A stretch of 32,000 bases of DNA from Dickeya dadantii NCPPB 898 (GTDB lineage: Bacteria; Pseudomonadota; Gammaproteobacteria; Enterobacterales; Enterobacteriaceae). The stretch is from NCBI RefSeq assembly GCF_000406145.1, contig NZ_CM001976.1, positions 133,186 to 165,185 of the forward strand. The letters are read 5' to 3'. A program made the position numbers and the translations under genes. Below the pieces are notes generated by a model. That model did not search any database. It was not told where the DNA came from and saw only the letters and a program-made list of their open reading frames with translations. Shown piece after piece: positions 1 to 9,454 of this stretch (position 1 is the first letter of the stretch; every line of letters begins with the position of its first letter).

Positions 1-274
1 CTTTGCAATGGTTAGCCGATGCCCCGATTATGCGTGTTGCTGGTGCCGGTTTAACTGACCGCGATCAAAGCGGAGGAGGGGGCGCATCGTGGTCTGATAC
101 ACAGTCCGGCGACGCGAAGCGCGGCCAGTCAGGCCACCCCGCAAGGGCGGATTGTTTTACTGGGCCTGCGTTATTCGACGCTGATTGGGGCCGACCAGAC
201 CGTGCGGCTTGCCCCTCTTTGCGGGAAGGGTAAACTAAGCCGCAATGTGTTCGACAATCGTAATGAGACGCTGA

Positions 275-520
275 ATGACCGATATTTTCGCCAATCCGGA
301 CCGTACCCTGGATGCTCAGGGACTGCGCTGCCCGGAGCCGGTAATGATGGTGCGCAAGACGGTGCGCCAGATGGACGCCGGGCAAACCCTGCTGATTCTC
401 GCCGACGATCCGGCGACCACCCGCGATATCCCCGGTTTTTGCCGTTATATGGAGCATGAGCTGCTGGCGCAGATGACCGAGCAATTGCCTTATCGTTACC
501 TGCTGCGCAAGGGTGCGTAA
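275..520 (+). CDS. tusA: Sulfur carrier protein TusA (SirA-like)
   Basis: 81-aa ORF. It is colinear with remembered E. coli TusA, including [16 protein letters not shown] and [13 protein letters not shown]. Confidence 0.92.
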   Translation: MTDIFANPDRTLDAQGLRCPEPVMMVRKTVRQMDAGQTLLILADDPATTRDIPGFCRYMEHELLAQMTEQLPYRYLLRKGA

Positions 521-569
521 CCAGCGGCTGACGGCCCTCCGGCCAGTGCGGGAGGACGTCGCCGCCAGA

Positions 570-627
570 CGTAAAGCGAACGTACTATATAAAGTGAACG
601 TACTATACGTAAAGCGAACGTACTATC
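570..627. repeat. Tandem repeat, three copies of an 18-20 bp unit (CG)TAAAG(C/T)GAACGTACTAT, spanning the yhhN stop codon
   Basis: Read directly. 570-588 and 608-626 are identical 19-mers, and the middle copy has two differences. Copy 3 encodes the yhhN C-terminus (..IVRSLYV*). Confidence 0.9.
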
Positions 628-1232
628 AGGAAGTGGCCGCCAAAATAGCAGATGGCGACCAGCGCCTGATGGGCGCGGAAGTTAACGCGGAAGTGATTCA
701 CCAGCCAGATGGCGTGACCGGCAAATAACAGCAGCGTACCCAGCAGCAGCGAGAAGTTGGATTCGTTGCCCAGCGCGAAGTAGTGCTCCCCCGCCACCCA
801 CGCCATGAATGCGGTCACCAGCACCAGCGCCGTGACCGTCAGACGTTCGGCCTCCAGCCGGGACCACAGCAGCGCCAGCAGCAACGCCGACAGAATCAGC
901 AGCGTCAGCGGCAGCGGCCAGAAAAAACCCAGCGATGGCCGCGAGGCGAAAAAGCTGATGGTATAGAGCAAGTGCGACGCCAGGTAGGTCGACAGCGCGA
1001 ATCGCAGCCTGTCGCCGGAGAGCTGCATCAGCGCGTCGCCGACCAGCGTGGCGGCCAGACCCAGCACCACCAGATAACCGGGAATGCCGAGCATCGGCGT
1101 CTGCCAGACCATCAGCATCATCAACAGTAGGGTGACGGGTTTAAACAGCCAGCGCTGCCAGACCGGGCCACGGTAGCTGGCATCGACATACAGCCAGCCG
1201 GAAAAAAATACGGCAATGAAAGACCAGAGCAT
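603..1232 (-). CDS. yhhN: YhhN-family polytopic membrane protein (lysoplasmalogenase-like)
   Basis: 209-aa hydrophobic ORF. Colinear with remembered E. coli YhhN from MLWSFIAV...DASYRGP.WQRW.FKP to ...CYF.GHFLIVRSLY. Confidence 0.85.
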   Translation of the reverse strand: MLWSFIAVFFSGWLYVDASYRGPVWQRWLFKPVTLLLMMLMVWQTPMLGIPGYLVVLGLAATLVGDALMQLSGDRLRFALSTYLASHLLYTISFFASRPSLGFFWPLPLTLLILSALLLALLWSRLEAERLTVTALVLVTAFMAWVAGEHYFALGNESNFSLLLGTLLLFAGHAIWLVNHFRVNFRAHQALVAICYFGGHFLIVRSLYV

Positions 1233-1503
1233 ACAGTGTCCTTAAACGTGGTGAATCGGGCGGAACCCCGCCATGCGGCGCGTCTTTTCTTTCTGACTTA
1301 CCCGGCTATGTTGGTCATTCCAACGGGCACCGCCAGCCTAAGTATAGGCGGATCCCAGGGTCGGGCTGACGCGGATCCGCTCCGGTGGCGTGTCTCCCGC
1401 CCGCACAGGGCTGCGGGTCGTCGTGCTTCATGCTATGTTAGCGGCCAGTTTTTGTGACGGAATAATGATACCCGGCGGTCTGTCGGAGGAGACGAACCTT
1501 TAA

Positions 1504-1830
1504 ATGAGCAATGAACCCGTACTTTACCGCATCCAGTTCATCAATAACGGTAAGAACTATCAGCTGTATGTGCGCGAGCTGGTGCAGAGCAATCTGTTCG
1601 GATTTATTGAAATCGCCGACTTTGTTTTCGACAACCCGTCCACCGTACTGGTTGACCCGACTACGGAAAAACTGAAAACGGAGTTTGCCGGCGTCGACCG
1701 CAGCTATATTCCGCTGCAGGCGGTCATTCGTATTGACGCCGTGACCGGGCGCGAACGTGATAGCGCGCGGATTTCGGAACTGGGCGACAACGTTACCCAT
1801 TTTCCTTCTCTGCCGGGTAAAAAAACCTGA
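1504..1830 (+). CDS. Small conserved protein, DUF1820-like
   Basis: 108-aa ORF with a GGAGGAG upstream. The pattern LYRI.F.N.GK.Y.LY.R....S.L.GFIE...VF......LVDP..EKLK.EF.GV.RS.IP..AVIRID matches my memory of DUF1820 proteins. The family assignment is not searched. Confidence 0.6.
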   Translation: MSNEPVLYRIQFINNGKNYQLYVRELVQSNLFGFIEIADFVFDNPSTVLVDPTTEKLKTEFAGVDRSYIPLQAVIRIDAVTGRERDSARISELGDNVTHFPSLPGKKT

Positions 1831-1837
1831 CCGGCCT

Positions 1838-1869
1838 GGCGGCGCTTTGCGGTATCGCGCCGCCGTTTT
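1838..1869 (+). terminator. Rho-independent terminator after the DUF1820-like gene
   Basis: Perfect 8-bp GC stem GGCGGCGC (1838-1845) / GCGCCGCC (1857-1864), followed by GTTTT. Confidence 0.65.
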
Positions 1870-1890
1870 CCCTGATTGCGAGCCTGCCGG

Positions 1891-2178
1891 TTAACGCCGT
1901 TTACGCGGCGGCGTCGGCTGCTTGCGCTGCCAGTCCAGCAATTCAAATACCCCAAACAGGAAGATGCGTAATTGCAGTAGCCCGCTGAGCGGCGGCGCGT
2001 CTTTGGGTTGGCTCGCTTTCAGCAGCAGGAACTGCACACCGTGCATCAGCAGCATGAACCCCATCGCCAGAATCATGAAGATATTCAACGGGCGGGGAAA
2101 GGGGTGAATGAGGTTCATAATCAAAAATCCCCATATGCCCAACATCAGTAGCCGGCCAAGGTTAATCCAGATGCTCAT
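1891..2178 (-). CDS. yhhL: DUF1145 inner-membrane protein YhhL
   Basis: 95-aa ORF. INLGRLLML..WGFLI.NL.HPFPRPLNIF...RIFLFGVFELL.WQ matches remembered E. coli YhhL. AGGAGG lies 4 nt upstream of the ATG. The start overlaps the rsmD 3' end. Confidence 0.8.
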   Translation of the reverse strand: MSIWINLGRLLMLGIWGFLIMNLIHPFPRPLNIFMILAMGFMLLMHGVQFLLLKASQPKDAPPLSGLLQLRIFLFGVFELLDWQRKQPTPPRKRR

Positions 2179-2794
2179 CGTTGCCTCCTGAGGCCGCGTC
2201 GGATGCGTGGCGAATATAAAGACGGTAGGAAACCTGCCCCGCGGTTTTTTCCCGGTGCAGCGTCCAGGTGGGCGGGATGGCTAGCGTGCGGTTTTCCGCC
2301 TCGGTTTCAATATAGATCCAGGTTTCCTGCGCCAGCCAGCCGCCGGTTTCCAGCAACCGCAGCGTGTCGTCCAGCAGGCCGCGACGAAACGGCGGGTCGA
2401 GAAACACCACGTCGTAAGGCTGTGCCGAAGCCGGTTTAGCCAGCCATTGCAGCGTATCGGCATTCACGACCTCGGCATTATCGGCCCGCAGCAGCGACAG
2501 GTTTTGCGTGAGTTGACGCGCCACATTGCGTTCGGCTTCCAGCAGCGTGGCATGGGCGGCATAACGCGACAGTGCTTCCAACCCCAGAGCGCCGCTGCCG
2601 GCGAAACAGTCCAGACAGCGTGATTGCTGGATCACCGGCGCCAGCCAGTTGAACAGGGTTTCACGTACGCGGTCGGTGGTGGGGCGCAAACCGGGGCTGT
2701 CCGGCACGGGGAGTTTTCTGCCGCGCCACTGACCGCCAATGATGCGGATTTGACCGGGTGCGGATGTCGCTTGATGTTTTACCATAGCCTGCAT
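2162..2794 (-). CDS. rsmD: 16S rRNA (guanine966-N2)-methyltransferase RsmD
   Basis: GQIRIIGGQWRGRKLPVPDSPGLRPTTDRVRETLFNWL, DCFAGSGALGLEALSRYA and FLDPPF match E. coli RsmD. An alternative start is ATG 2785. Confidence 0.9.
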   Translation of the reverse strand: MQAMVKHQATSAPGQIRIIGGQWRGRKLPVPDSPGLRPTTDRVRETLFNWLAPVIQQSRCLDCFAGSGALGLEALSRYAAHATLLEAERNVARQLTQNLSLLRADNAEVVNADTLQWLAKPASAQPYDVVFLDPPFRRGLLDDTLRLLETGGWLAQETWIYIETEAENRTLAIPPTWTLHREKTAGQVSYRLYIRHASDAASGGNDEHLD

Positions 2795-3095
2795 TTTGCT
2801 GAAATAAAGTACCGGCGGCGGCCGCCGGATTTAATGAGGCGTTATTCTAACGGCGCCAGCCGGTGTAGCAAATGTAAAGATGCAGTTAATGGGAGACGAC
2901 GCGGAAAAATCCCTCAAATCAGTGGACATATCAGTGAACATAGCCTGAGTTTGACACACCTGGTTACGGAGATTGTCGCTCTCTCCGGTGGTCCGGCGCG
3001 TGTTGCTGGCGGCGGGAAAGTGTTAAACTCGTTGTTTTATTGACTTCTATTGGTTATTGATCAGCCGCACTGGGTGGCAGGAGCGCAATTACACG

Positions 3096-4451
3096 ATGGC
3101 GAAAGAGAAAAAGCGCGGATTTTTTTCCTGGCTGGGGTTAGGACGCCAGGACGAGGATAAAACCGAACAACCGCAACCGGCCCCGGAAGCGCCGCAGGCG
3201 GATGACGCAACGCCCGCTGCCCCGGAACCGGCGCAAAATACGAGCGATGAAGCGCCGGAGCCGCCGGCGCTGAACAAAACCACGTTGGCTGAAGCCACGC
3301 AGGCTGAAACCGGGGAAACGCCGGCACCGAAATCGCAGCCGACTGAGACAGCGGCAGAGATACCGCCGACGCCGGTCGAACCGCCGGAAACGGTAGCGCT
3401 CGTCGCTGAGCCGACGGCAGATGCTGAACCACAGACAGATACTGTCGCGGAGGACGATGTCGAGCTCGAGCCAGAAACGGTGGTTGTTCCGGCTGCGCCG
3501 GTGGTGTCTCAGGAGCAGGAACGCCCGACCAAAGAGGGCTTTTTCGCCCGCCTGAAACGCAGTCTGGTTAAAACCCGTCAGAATCTGGGGTCCGGATTCG
3601 TCGGGTTGTTCCGCGGCAAGAAAATTGACGACGATCTGTTTGACGAGCTGGAAGAACAACTGCTGATTGCCGACGTCGGGGTGGAAACCACCCGGAAAAT
3701 TATCGATCGGCTGACCGAGCATGCCAGCCGCAAGCAACTGAAAGACGCCGAAGCGCTGATCGCGTTGCTGAAAGCGGAAATGAGCGACATTTTGGCGAAA
3801 GTGGACGCGCCGCTGGATATCGACAGCAAAACGCCGTTCGTCATTCTGATGGTGGGCGTCAACGGCGTAGGTAAAACCACCACCATCGGCAAGCTGGCGC
3901 GGCAGTATCAGGCGCAGGGCAAGTCGGTGATGCTGGCCGCGGGCGATACCTTCCGCGCGGCGGCGGTGGAGCAGTTGCAGGTGTGGGGCCAGCGCAATAA
4001 TGTGCCGGTGGTGGCTCAGCATACCGGCGCGGATTCCGCCTCGGTGATTTTCGATGCGCTGCAGGCCGCCAGGGCGCGCGGCGTCGATGTGCTGATCGCC
4101 GATACCGCCGGGCGGTTGCAGAATAAATCGCACCTGATGGAAGAGTTGAAGAAGATCGTGCGCGTAATGAAGAAGCTGGACGAAAACGCGCCGCACGAAG
4201 TGATGCTGACGCTGGACGCCAGCACTGGTCAGAACGCCGTCAGCCAGGCCAAACTGTTTAATGAAACGGTCGGGCTGAGCGGCATCACGCTGACCAAACT
4301 GGACGGCACCGCCAAGGGCGGGGTGATCTTCGCCATCGCCGATCAGTTTGGCATTCCCATCCGTTACATCGGGGTGGGGGAAAGTATTGATGACTTAAGG
4401 CCGTTCAAGGCGGATGATTTTATTGAAGCCCTGTTTGCCCGTGAGGATTAA
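3096..4451 (+). CDS. ftsY: Signal recognition particle receptor FtsY
   Basis: Start trimmed to MAKEKKRGFFSWLG as in E. coli. It has an acidic Pro/Glu/Ala-rich A domain followed by an NG domain with GVNGVGKTTT, DTAGR and TKLDGTAKGG. Confidence 0.95.
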   Translation: MAKEKKRGFFSWLGLGRQDEDKTEQPQPAPEAPQADDATPAAPEPAQNTSDEAPEPPALNKTTLAEATQAETGETPAPKSQPTETAAEIPPTPVEPPETVALVAEPTADAEPQTDTVAEDDVELEPETVVVPAAPVVSQEQERPTKEGFFARLKRSLVKTRQNLGSGFVGLFRGKKIDDDLFDELEEQLLIADVGVETTRKIIDRLTEHASRKQLKDAEALIALLKAEMSDILAKVDAPLDIDSKTPFVILMVGVNGVGKTTTIGKLARQYQAQGKSVMLAAGDTFRAAAVEQLQVWGQRNNVPVVAQHTGADSASVIFDALQAARARGVDVLIADTAGRLQNKSHLMEELKKIVRVMKKLDENAPHEVMLTLDASTGQNAVSQAKLFNETVGLSGITLTKLDGTAKGGVIFAIADQFGIPIRYIGVGESIDDLRPFKADDFIEALFARED

Positions 4452-4456
4452 AACGG

Positions 4457-5125
4457 ATGATTCGGTTTGAGCAGGTCAGTAAGGCGTATCTCGGCGGTCG
4501 TCAGGCATTGCAGGGGGTGGATTTTCATATCCGCCCGGCCGAGATGGTGTTTCTGACCGGTCACTCTGGTGCGGGGAAAAGTACCCTGCTGAAACTGATT
4601 TGCGGGATTGAGCGCCCAAGCGCGGGCCACATCCTGTTTGGCGGTCACGATATCAGTCGTCTGAAGAAAAGCGAGGTGCCGTTTCTGCGCCGCCAGATCG
4701 GCATGATCTTTCAGGATCACCATCTGCTGATGGATCGCACGGTGTATGAAAACGTCGCCATGCCGCTGATTATCGCCGGCGCCAGCGCCGAAGATATCCG
4801 CCGTAGGGTGTCGGCGGCGCTGGATAAAGTCGGGCTGCTCGACAAAGCGCGCAGTTACCCGATTCAGCTCTCCGGCGGCGAGCAGCAGCGCGTGGGTATC
4901 GCCCGCGCGGTGGTGAACAAGCCTGCGGTGCTGCTGGCGGACGAACCGACCGGTAACCTGGATGAGGCGCTGTCCGAGGGCATTCTGCGCCTGTTCGAAG
5001 AGTTTAACCGCGTGGGTGTCACGGTGCTGATGGCTACGCACGACACCGGGCTTATCGCCCGCCGCCATTACCGGGTGCTGACGTTGTCGCAGGGGCGCAT
5101 GTTGGGAGGTCACGATGGCGAATAA
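4457..5125 (+). CDS. ftsE: Cell division ATP-binding protein FtsE
   Basis: Walker [10 protein letters not shown], signature LSGGEQQR, Walker [12 protein letters not shown]. Sits in the expected position after ftsY. Confidence 0.95.
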   Translation: MIRFEQVSKAYLGGRQALQGVDFHIRPAEMVFLTGHSGAGKSTLLKLICGIERPSAGHILFGGHDISRLKKSEVPFLRRQIGMIFQDHHLLMDRTVYENVAMPLIIAGASAEDIRRRVSAALDKVGLLDKARSYPIQLSGGEQQRVGIARAVVNKPAVLLADEPTGNLDEALSEGILRLFEEFNRVGVTVLMATHDTGLIARRHYRVLTLSQGRMLGGHDGE

Positions 5126-6086
5126 TACCCGCGCGCAGCGAGCCGGAAGAAAAACCAAAGCCCGTTCTTTGCAGGGCGGCTGGCAGGAACAGTGGCGTTA
5201 TGCCTGGGCCAACACCCTGCGCGATATGCTGCGCCAGCCGCTGGCAACATTGTTGACCATCATGGTGATCGCCATTTCGCTGACGTTGCCCAGCATCTGT
5301 TATCTGGTGTGGAAAAACGTCAGTCAGGCGGCGTCGCAGTGGTATCCGACGCCGCAACTGACGGTGTATCTGGACAAGTCGCTTGATGACAACGCCGCCG
5401 AAGCGGTGATTGGCAAAATTAAGGCGGAAGAGGGCGTGGACAAGGTGAATTACCTGTCCCGCAACGAGGCGATGGGTGAATTCCGCAACTGGTCCGGTTT
5501 TGGCGGCGCGCTGGATATGCTGGAGGAGAATCCGCTGCCGGCGGTGGCGGTCGTTTCGCCGAAACTGGGTTTTCAAAATAACCAGACGCTCAATACGCTG
5601 CGCGATCGTATCGCCGCCGTTCAGGGGGTGGATGAGGTGCGTATGGACGACAGTTGGTTCTCCCGTCTGGTGGCGCTGACCGGGCTGGTGGGCCAGATAG
5701 CAGCGACTATCGGTATTCTGATGGTCGTGGCGGTATTTCTGGTTATCGGCAACAGTGTGCGGCTGAGTATTTTCAGCCGTCGCGACACCATCAATGTGAT
5801 GAAGCTGATCGGTGCCACCGACGGTTTCATTCTGCGGCCGTTCCTGCATGGTGGCGCGCTGTTGGGGTTTTGCGGCGCGGTGCTGTCGTTGATCCTGTCG
5901 CAGGCGCTGGTGTGGAAACTGTCGGGCGCGGTGGTGCAGGTGGCGGCGGTGTTCGGCACTACCTTTACGGTGCGCGGGCTGGGTTGGGATGAGACGCTGT
6001 TGCTGATCCTGATCGCCGTGATGATTGGCTGGCTGGCCGCCTGGCTGGCGACGGTACAACATTTACGCCGTTTTACACCGGAATAA
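5115..6086 (+). CDS. ftsX: Cell division permease-like protein FtsX
   Basis: Colinear with remembered E. coli FtsX ([56 protein letters not shown]). Overlaps ftsE by 11 nt. Confidence 0.95.
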   Translation: MANNTRAQRAGRKTKARSLQGGWQEQWRYAWANTLRDMLRQPLATLLTIMVIAISLTLPSICYLVWKNVSQAASQWYPTPQLTVYLDKSLDDNAAEAVIGKIKAEEGVDKVNYLSRNEAMGEFRNWSGFGGALDMLEENPLPAVAVVSPKLGFQNNQTLNTLRDRIAAVQGVDEVRMDDSWFSRLVALTGLVGQIAATIGILMVVAVFLVIGNSVRLSIFSRRDTINVMKLIGATDGFILRPFLHGGALLGFCGAVLSLILSQALVWKLSGAVVQVAAVFGTTFTVRGLGWDETLLLILIAVMIGWLAAWLATVQHLRRFTPE

Positions 6087-6261
6087 TCTGTATTGACGTC
6101 CGGCCCGGGCGTTTTCTGGTATACTCTTCCTTCGTGATAGCGGCGAGCAGCGAGGGAAGCGTATTGCCAGCGTCTTCGATGCAACCTTCCTTCATCACTC
6201 GCCAGCCTGCTGCACCCCACGACATCCATCTTGACAGGTAAAATAAGATGGTTAAAAAAGT

Positions 6262-6289
6262 GGAACTTGTGCAGCCAATCACACTCTAA
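6262..6289 (+). promoter_or_regulatory. Sigma-E type promoter (rpoH P3-like)
   Basis: GGAACTT (6262-6268), a 16-nt spacer, then TCTAA (6285-6289). The remembered sigma-E consensus is GGAACTT-N16-TCTGA/TCAAA, and E. coli rpoH P3 has GAACTT...TCTGA. Confidence 0.55.
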
Positions 6290-6328
6290 CCAGAGTTAAT
6301 CCAGAAATAGCGATAATCCGGTTTTGGG

Positions 6329-6376
6329 GCACAGTAGTTCTGTTTTTAGGTACAGTAGTTCTGTTTTTAGGCACAG
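6329..6376. repeat. 21-bp tandem repeat G(C/T)ACAGTAGTTCTGTTTTTAG, 2.3 copies
   Basis: Read directly. 6329-6349 and 6350-6370 differ at one base, and 6371-6376 is a partial third copy. It lies between the sigma-E promoter match and the rpoH start. Confidence 0.9.
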
Positions 6377-6446
6377 AAGGTGCGACAAATATCGGTATGC
6401 TGTTCGATGATGCGCAACGATATGAATGATCTATGAGAGGGGTGGA

Positions 6447-7304
6447 ATGACCAAAGATATGCAAACTTTCGCCTTAGTTCCCCAGGGCAGTCTGGAAGGG
6501 TACATTCGTGCCGCCAATGCCTATCCGATGCTGACGGCGGAGGAAGAGCGGGCGCTGGCTGAACGACTGCATTATCACGGGGATCTGGACGCCGCCAAGC
6601 AGCTGATTCTTTCACACCTGCGTTTCGTTATTCATGTTGCCCGTAACTATTCAGGGTACGGTCTGCCGCAGGCGGATCTGATTCAGGAAGGCAACATCGG
6701 CCTGATGAAAGCGGTGCGCCGCTTCAACCCGGAAGTAGGCGTGCGCCTGGTGTCGTTCGCCGTACACTGGATTAAGGCCGAAATTCACGAATACGTACTG
6801 CGTAACTGGCGTATCGTCAAGGTGGCGACTACCAAGGCACAGCGCAAACTGTTCTTCAACCTGCGTAAAACCAAGCAGCGTCTGGGCTGGTTTAATCAGG
6901 ACGAAGTGGAACTGGTGGCGCGCGAACTGGGTGTGACCAGCAAGGATGTCCGTGAAATGGAATCCCGCATGGCCGCGCAGGACATGACGTTTGACCCGTC
7001 GCCGGAAGATGACGCGCAGCCGGGCCAGCCGATGGCGCCGATGCTGTATCTGCAGGACAAATCTTCCGACTTTGCCGATGGCATTGAAGAGGACAACTGG
7101 GAAACCCATGCGGCGGACAAGTTGACCTATGCGCTGGAAGGATTGGACGAGCGCAGCCAGCATATTATCCGCGCCCGCTGGCTGGATGACGACAATAAGT
7201 CCACGTTGCAGGAACTGGCTGATCATTACGGCGTGTCCGCTGAGCGTGTACGTCAGCTGGAAAAGAATGCCATGAAGAAGCTGCGGGCGGCCATTGAAGC
7301 ATAA
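6447..7304 (+). CDS. rpoH: RNA polymerase heat-shock sigma factor sigma-32
   Basis: Start trimmed to [10 protein letters not shown]. Near-identity to remembered E. coli RpoH throughout, including the RpoH box [17 protein letters not shown] and the C-terminus [14 protein letters not shown]. Confidence 0.96.
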   Translation: MTKDMQTFALVPQGSLEGYIRAANAYPMLTAEEERALAERLHYHGDLDAAKQLILSHLRFVIHVARNYSGYGLPQADLIQEGNIGLMKAVRRFNPEVGVRLVSFAVHWIKAEIHEYVLRNWRIVKVATTKAQRKLFFNLRKTKQRLGWFNQDEVELVARELGVTSKDVREMESRMAAQDMTFDPSPEDDAQPGQPMAPMLYLQDKSSDFADGIEEDNWETHAADKLTYALEGLDERSQHIIRARWLDDDNKSTLQELADHYGVSAERVRQLEKNAMKKLRAAIEA

Positions 7305-7335
7305 CGCAGGCCGCTACTAACGCCTTATCCACCGT

Positions 7336-7378
7336 AAACGACCGGGACAGCTGCAAGCCGCCCGGTCGTTTTGTTTTA
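7336..7378 (+). terminator. rpoH terminator, possibly shared with convergent panZ
   Basis: 11-bp stem AAACGACCGGG (7336-7346) / CCCGGTCGTTT (7361-7371), followed by a TGTTTT tail. Confidence 0.65.
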
Positions 7379-7422
7379 TCACCCGAAGGGTTTTTTATTG
7401 CCGTATGCCCTACGGCATGCCA

Positions 7423-7860
7423 CTACTTCTCTTCCCTGTTCATTTCCTTTTCCTGATTAACGACATATTCCCAGCCGCCGGACACCGGGTAGAAACCGCA
7501 GGACTGCATGAATGTGTCCATCACCGCTTCGCTGACCAGCGCATGGTCGGCGGCGTCCAGCCACCATTCCTTAACGTCGGGGCAGGCGCGCAGCACTTCT
7601 TCCACCAGATATTTACCAACGCCATGCCGCCGGGTGGAGGTTCTGACTTGCAGGTCGGTCAATTCCGCGCTGTCGCTGTTGTTGTCGATTTCGACGATGA
7701 CGCCCGCCAGTAAGCGATCGTTGAAGCGAGCGGCAAACAGGCGGTGTTCATGGTTCAGGTCGCGTTCCAGTGCGTCGAAATTCTGGTGTGGCCAAATGAA
7801 AGCCAGATCATGCCTGTCTTGTTCGCTGATTTTTGTGAGGCGTTCAACCGAGAGTCTCAT
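7423..7860 (-). CDS. panZ: GNAT-fold PanD maturation/regulatory protein PanZ (PanM, YhhK)
   Basis: 145-aa ORF. RL.K.S.QDR.DL..IWP, AARFN.RLLA and V...TRR.GVG.YL.EEVLR match remembered E. coli YhhK. Its position between rpoH and the liv operon fits. Confidence 0.75.
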   Translation of the reverse strand: MRLSVERLTKISEQDRHDLAFIWPHQNFDALERDLNHEHRLFAARFNDRLLAGVIVEIDNNSDSAELTDLQVRTSTRRHGVGKYLVEEVLRACPDVKEWWLDAADHALVSEAVMDTFMQSCGFYPVSGGWEYVVNQEKEMNREEK

Positions 7861-8263
7861 ACGCGGGTGCTCCTGTTGATTCTTAAGAATATTGTAGTGA
7901 GCCTGTAGAAAAAGGGTTGTGTAACTTTTTCTATACGGTTATCAGGGAAAAAGGTTTCTCTGCCATTAATTTTTCGAGTAATCAATTATTCCTCAGTGGT
8001 AAAACCAGCATAACTGACTATTTTTGAAACAAAATACGGATTTTAAGAGCGGTGTTTTATGCTGTTTGCGCCGTGTTTTACTGAGAATCCCAGTTGATTT
8101 ACAGCATAAAACTCCTGTTTAATGTCATGAATAATAAAGTCTTATTACAAACTATTGCTTATAATAGAGCCTAACTCGTTATTACTTATGAAAAAGTGTA
8201 AGTAACGACGGTTGATGACAATAATTATAGCAATATCCAAAAATGACAGATGGGGTAAAACGG

Positions 8264-9376
8264 ATGAAATTAAGCAAAGGTAAAGCGTTGCTGGTGGGAT
8301 GCCTGGCAGCGGCGATGAGCCATACGGTTAACGCTGCGGATATCAAGGTCGCGATCGTCGGAGCCATGTCCGGCCCGGTGGCGCAGTACGGCGATATGGA
8401 GTTTACCGGCGCCCGTCAGGCGATTGCCGACATCAATGCCAAAGGGGGAGTGAACGGCAACAAACTGGTGGGTGTCGAATACGATGACGCCTGCGACCCG
8501 AAACAGGCGGTTGCCGTCGCCAACAAGGTGATCAACGACGGTATTCACTACGTGATCGGCCATCTGTGCTCGTCGTCCACGCAGCCGGCATCCGACATTT
8601 ACGAGGATGAAGGCGTGATCATGATTACGCCGGCGGCCACCGCGCCTGACCTCACTACCCGTGGCTACAAGCTGGTGATGCGCACCACCGGTCTGGATTC
8701 CGATCAGGGCCCGACCGCCGCGAAATACATTCTGGAACATGTGAAACCGCAGCGCATCGCCGTGGTGCACGACAAACAGCAGTATGGCGAAGGCCTGGCC
8801 CGCGCCGTACAGGACAGCCTGAAAAAATCCAAGGCTAACGTGGTGCTGTTCGAAGGGGTGACCGCCGGGGATAAAGACTTCTCCACGCTGGTGGCGCGCC
8901 TGAAGAAAGAGAACGTCGATTTCGTCTACTTTGGCGGTTACTACCCGGAAATGGGGCAGATTCTGCGTCAGGCGCGCGCGGCCGGCCTGACCACCAAGTT
9001 CATGGGACCGGAAGGTGTGGGCAACTCGTCGCTGTCCAACATCGCGGGCGCGGCGTCTGAAGGCATGCTGGTAACGCTGCCGAAGCGTTATGACCAGGTA
9101 CCGACCAACCAGCCGATTGTGGACGCGCTGAAAGCCAAGAAACTGGATCCGACCGGCCCGTTCGTGTGGACCACGTACGCCGCGCTGCAGTCGCTGACCA
9201 CCGCGATGCAACGCACCGGCAGCACCGAGCCGGCCAAGCTGGCGGCCGACCTGAAAGCCAAGTCCGTGGACACGGTGATGGGCCCGCTGAGCTGGGATGA
9301 AAAAGGCGACCTGAAAGGGTTTGAATTTGGCGTATTCGAGTGGCACGCAGACGGTACTTCCTCTCCCGTGAAGTGA
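8264..9376 (+). CDS. livK: Periplasmic branched-chain amino acid binding protein (LivJ/LivK family)
   Basis: Start trimmed to [19 protein letters not shown] (signal peptide, AAD cleavage context). [35 protein letters not shown] and [19 protein letters not shown] match E. coli LivJ/LivK. I call it livK by its position directly upstream of livH; livJ versus livK is not resolvable here. Confidence 0.85.
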   Translation: MKLSKGKALLVGCLAAAMSHTVNAADIKVAIVGAMSGPVAQYGDMEFTGARQAIADINAKGGVNGNKLVGVEYDDACDPKQAVAVANKVINDGIHYVIGHLCSSSTQPASDIYEDEGVIMITPAATAPDLTTRGYKLVMRTTGLDSDQGPTAAKYILEHVKPQRIAVVHDKQQYGEGLARAVQDSLKKSKANVVLFEGVTAGDKDFSTLVARLKKENVDFVYFGGYYPEMGQILRQARAAGLTTKFMGPEGVGNSSLSNIAGAASEGMLVTLPKRYDQVPTNQPIVDALKAKKLDPTGPFVWTTYAALQSLTTAMQRTGSTEPAKLAADLKAKSVDTVMGPLSWDEKGDLKGFEFGVFEWHADGTSSPVK

Positions 9377-9408
9377 TTGACCGAATCCGTAATACTCCCA
9401 ATACCGAT

Positions 9409-9436
9409 GCCCCCTCAGCCGTCAGGCTGCGGGGGC
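9409..9436 (+). other. Intercistronic GC-rich hairpin between livK and livH
   Basis: 12-bp stem GCCCCCTCAGCC / GGCTGCGGGGGC with one mismatch, GTCA loop and no T tract. This is typical of stabiliser/attenuator hairpins after binding-protein genes. Confidence 0.5.
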
Positions 9437-9454
9437 AATGTCTAAGGTTAAGGT

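Noticed and set aside
3-484. ORFs 3-233(+), 65-484(-) and 202-459(+) at the left edge.
   Set aside because: They overlap each other and tusA, have an implausible composition, and show no RBS or motif. I could not identify a truncated gene entering from the left: frame 2 stops at 56-58, and the minus-strand frame has no start codon.
3138-4196. Long antisense ORFs inside well-supported genes. Examples: 3138-4196(-) in ftsY, 5052-6062(-) in ftsX, 8270-9346(-) in livK, 10273-11124(-) in livH/livM, 13588-14235(-) in the aminotransferase gene, 28229-29719(-) across ugpB/ugpA, 29716-30510(-) in ugpE and 30628-31671(-) in ugpC. The plus-strand ORFs inside the five MCP genes belong in the same group.
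   Set aside because: Their translations are Arg/His/Gln/Gly-rich, low-complexity and without recognisable motifs. They fully overlap genes with strong homology on the other strand. Long open antisense frames are expected in GC-rich coding DNA.
6093-6125. TTGACG ... TGGTATACT, which looks like a strong sigma-70 promoter at the ftsX end.
   Set aside because: The spacer between TTGACG and TATACT is 21 nt, too long for a standard sigma-70 promoter. TGgTATACT could still act as an extended -10 (an rpoH P1-like position), but I cannot support that from sequence alone.
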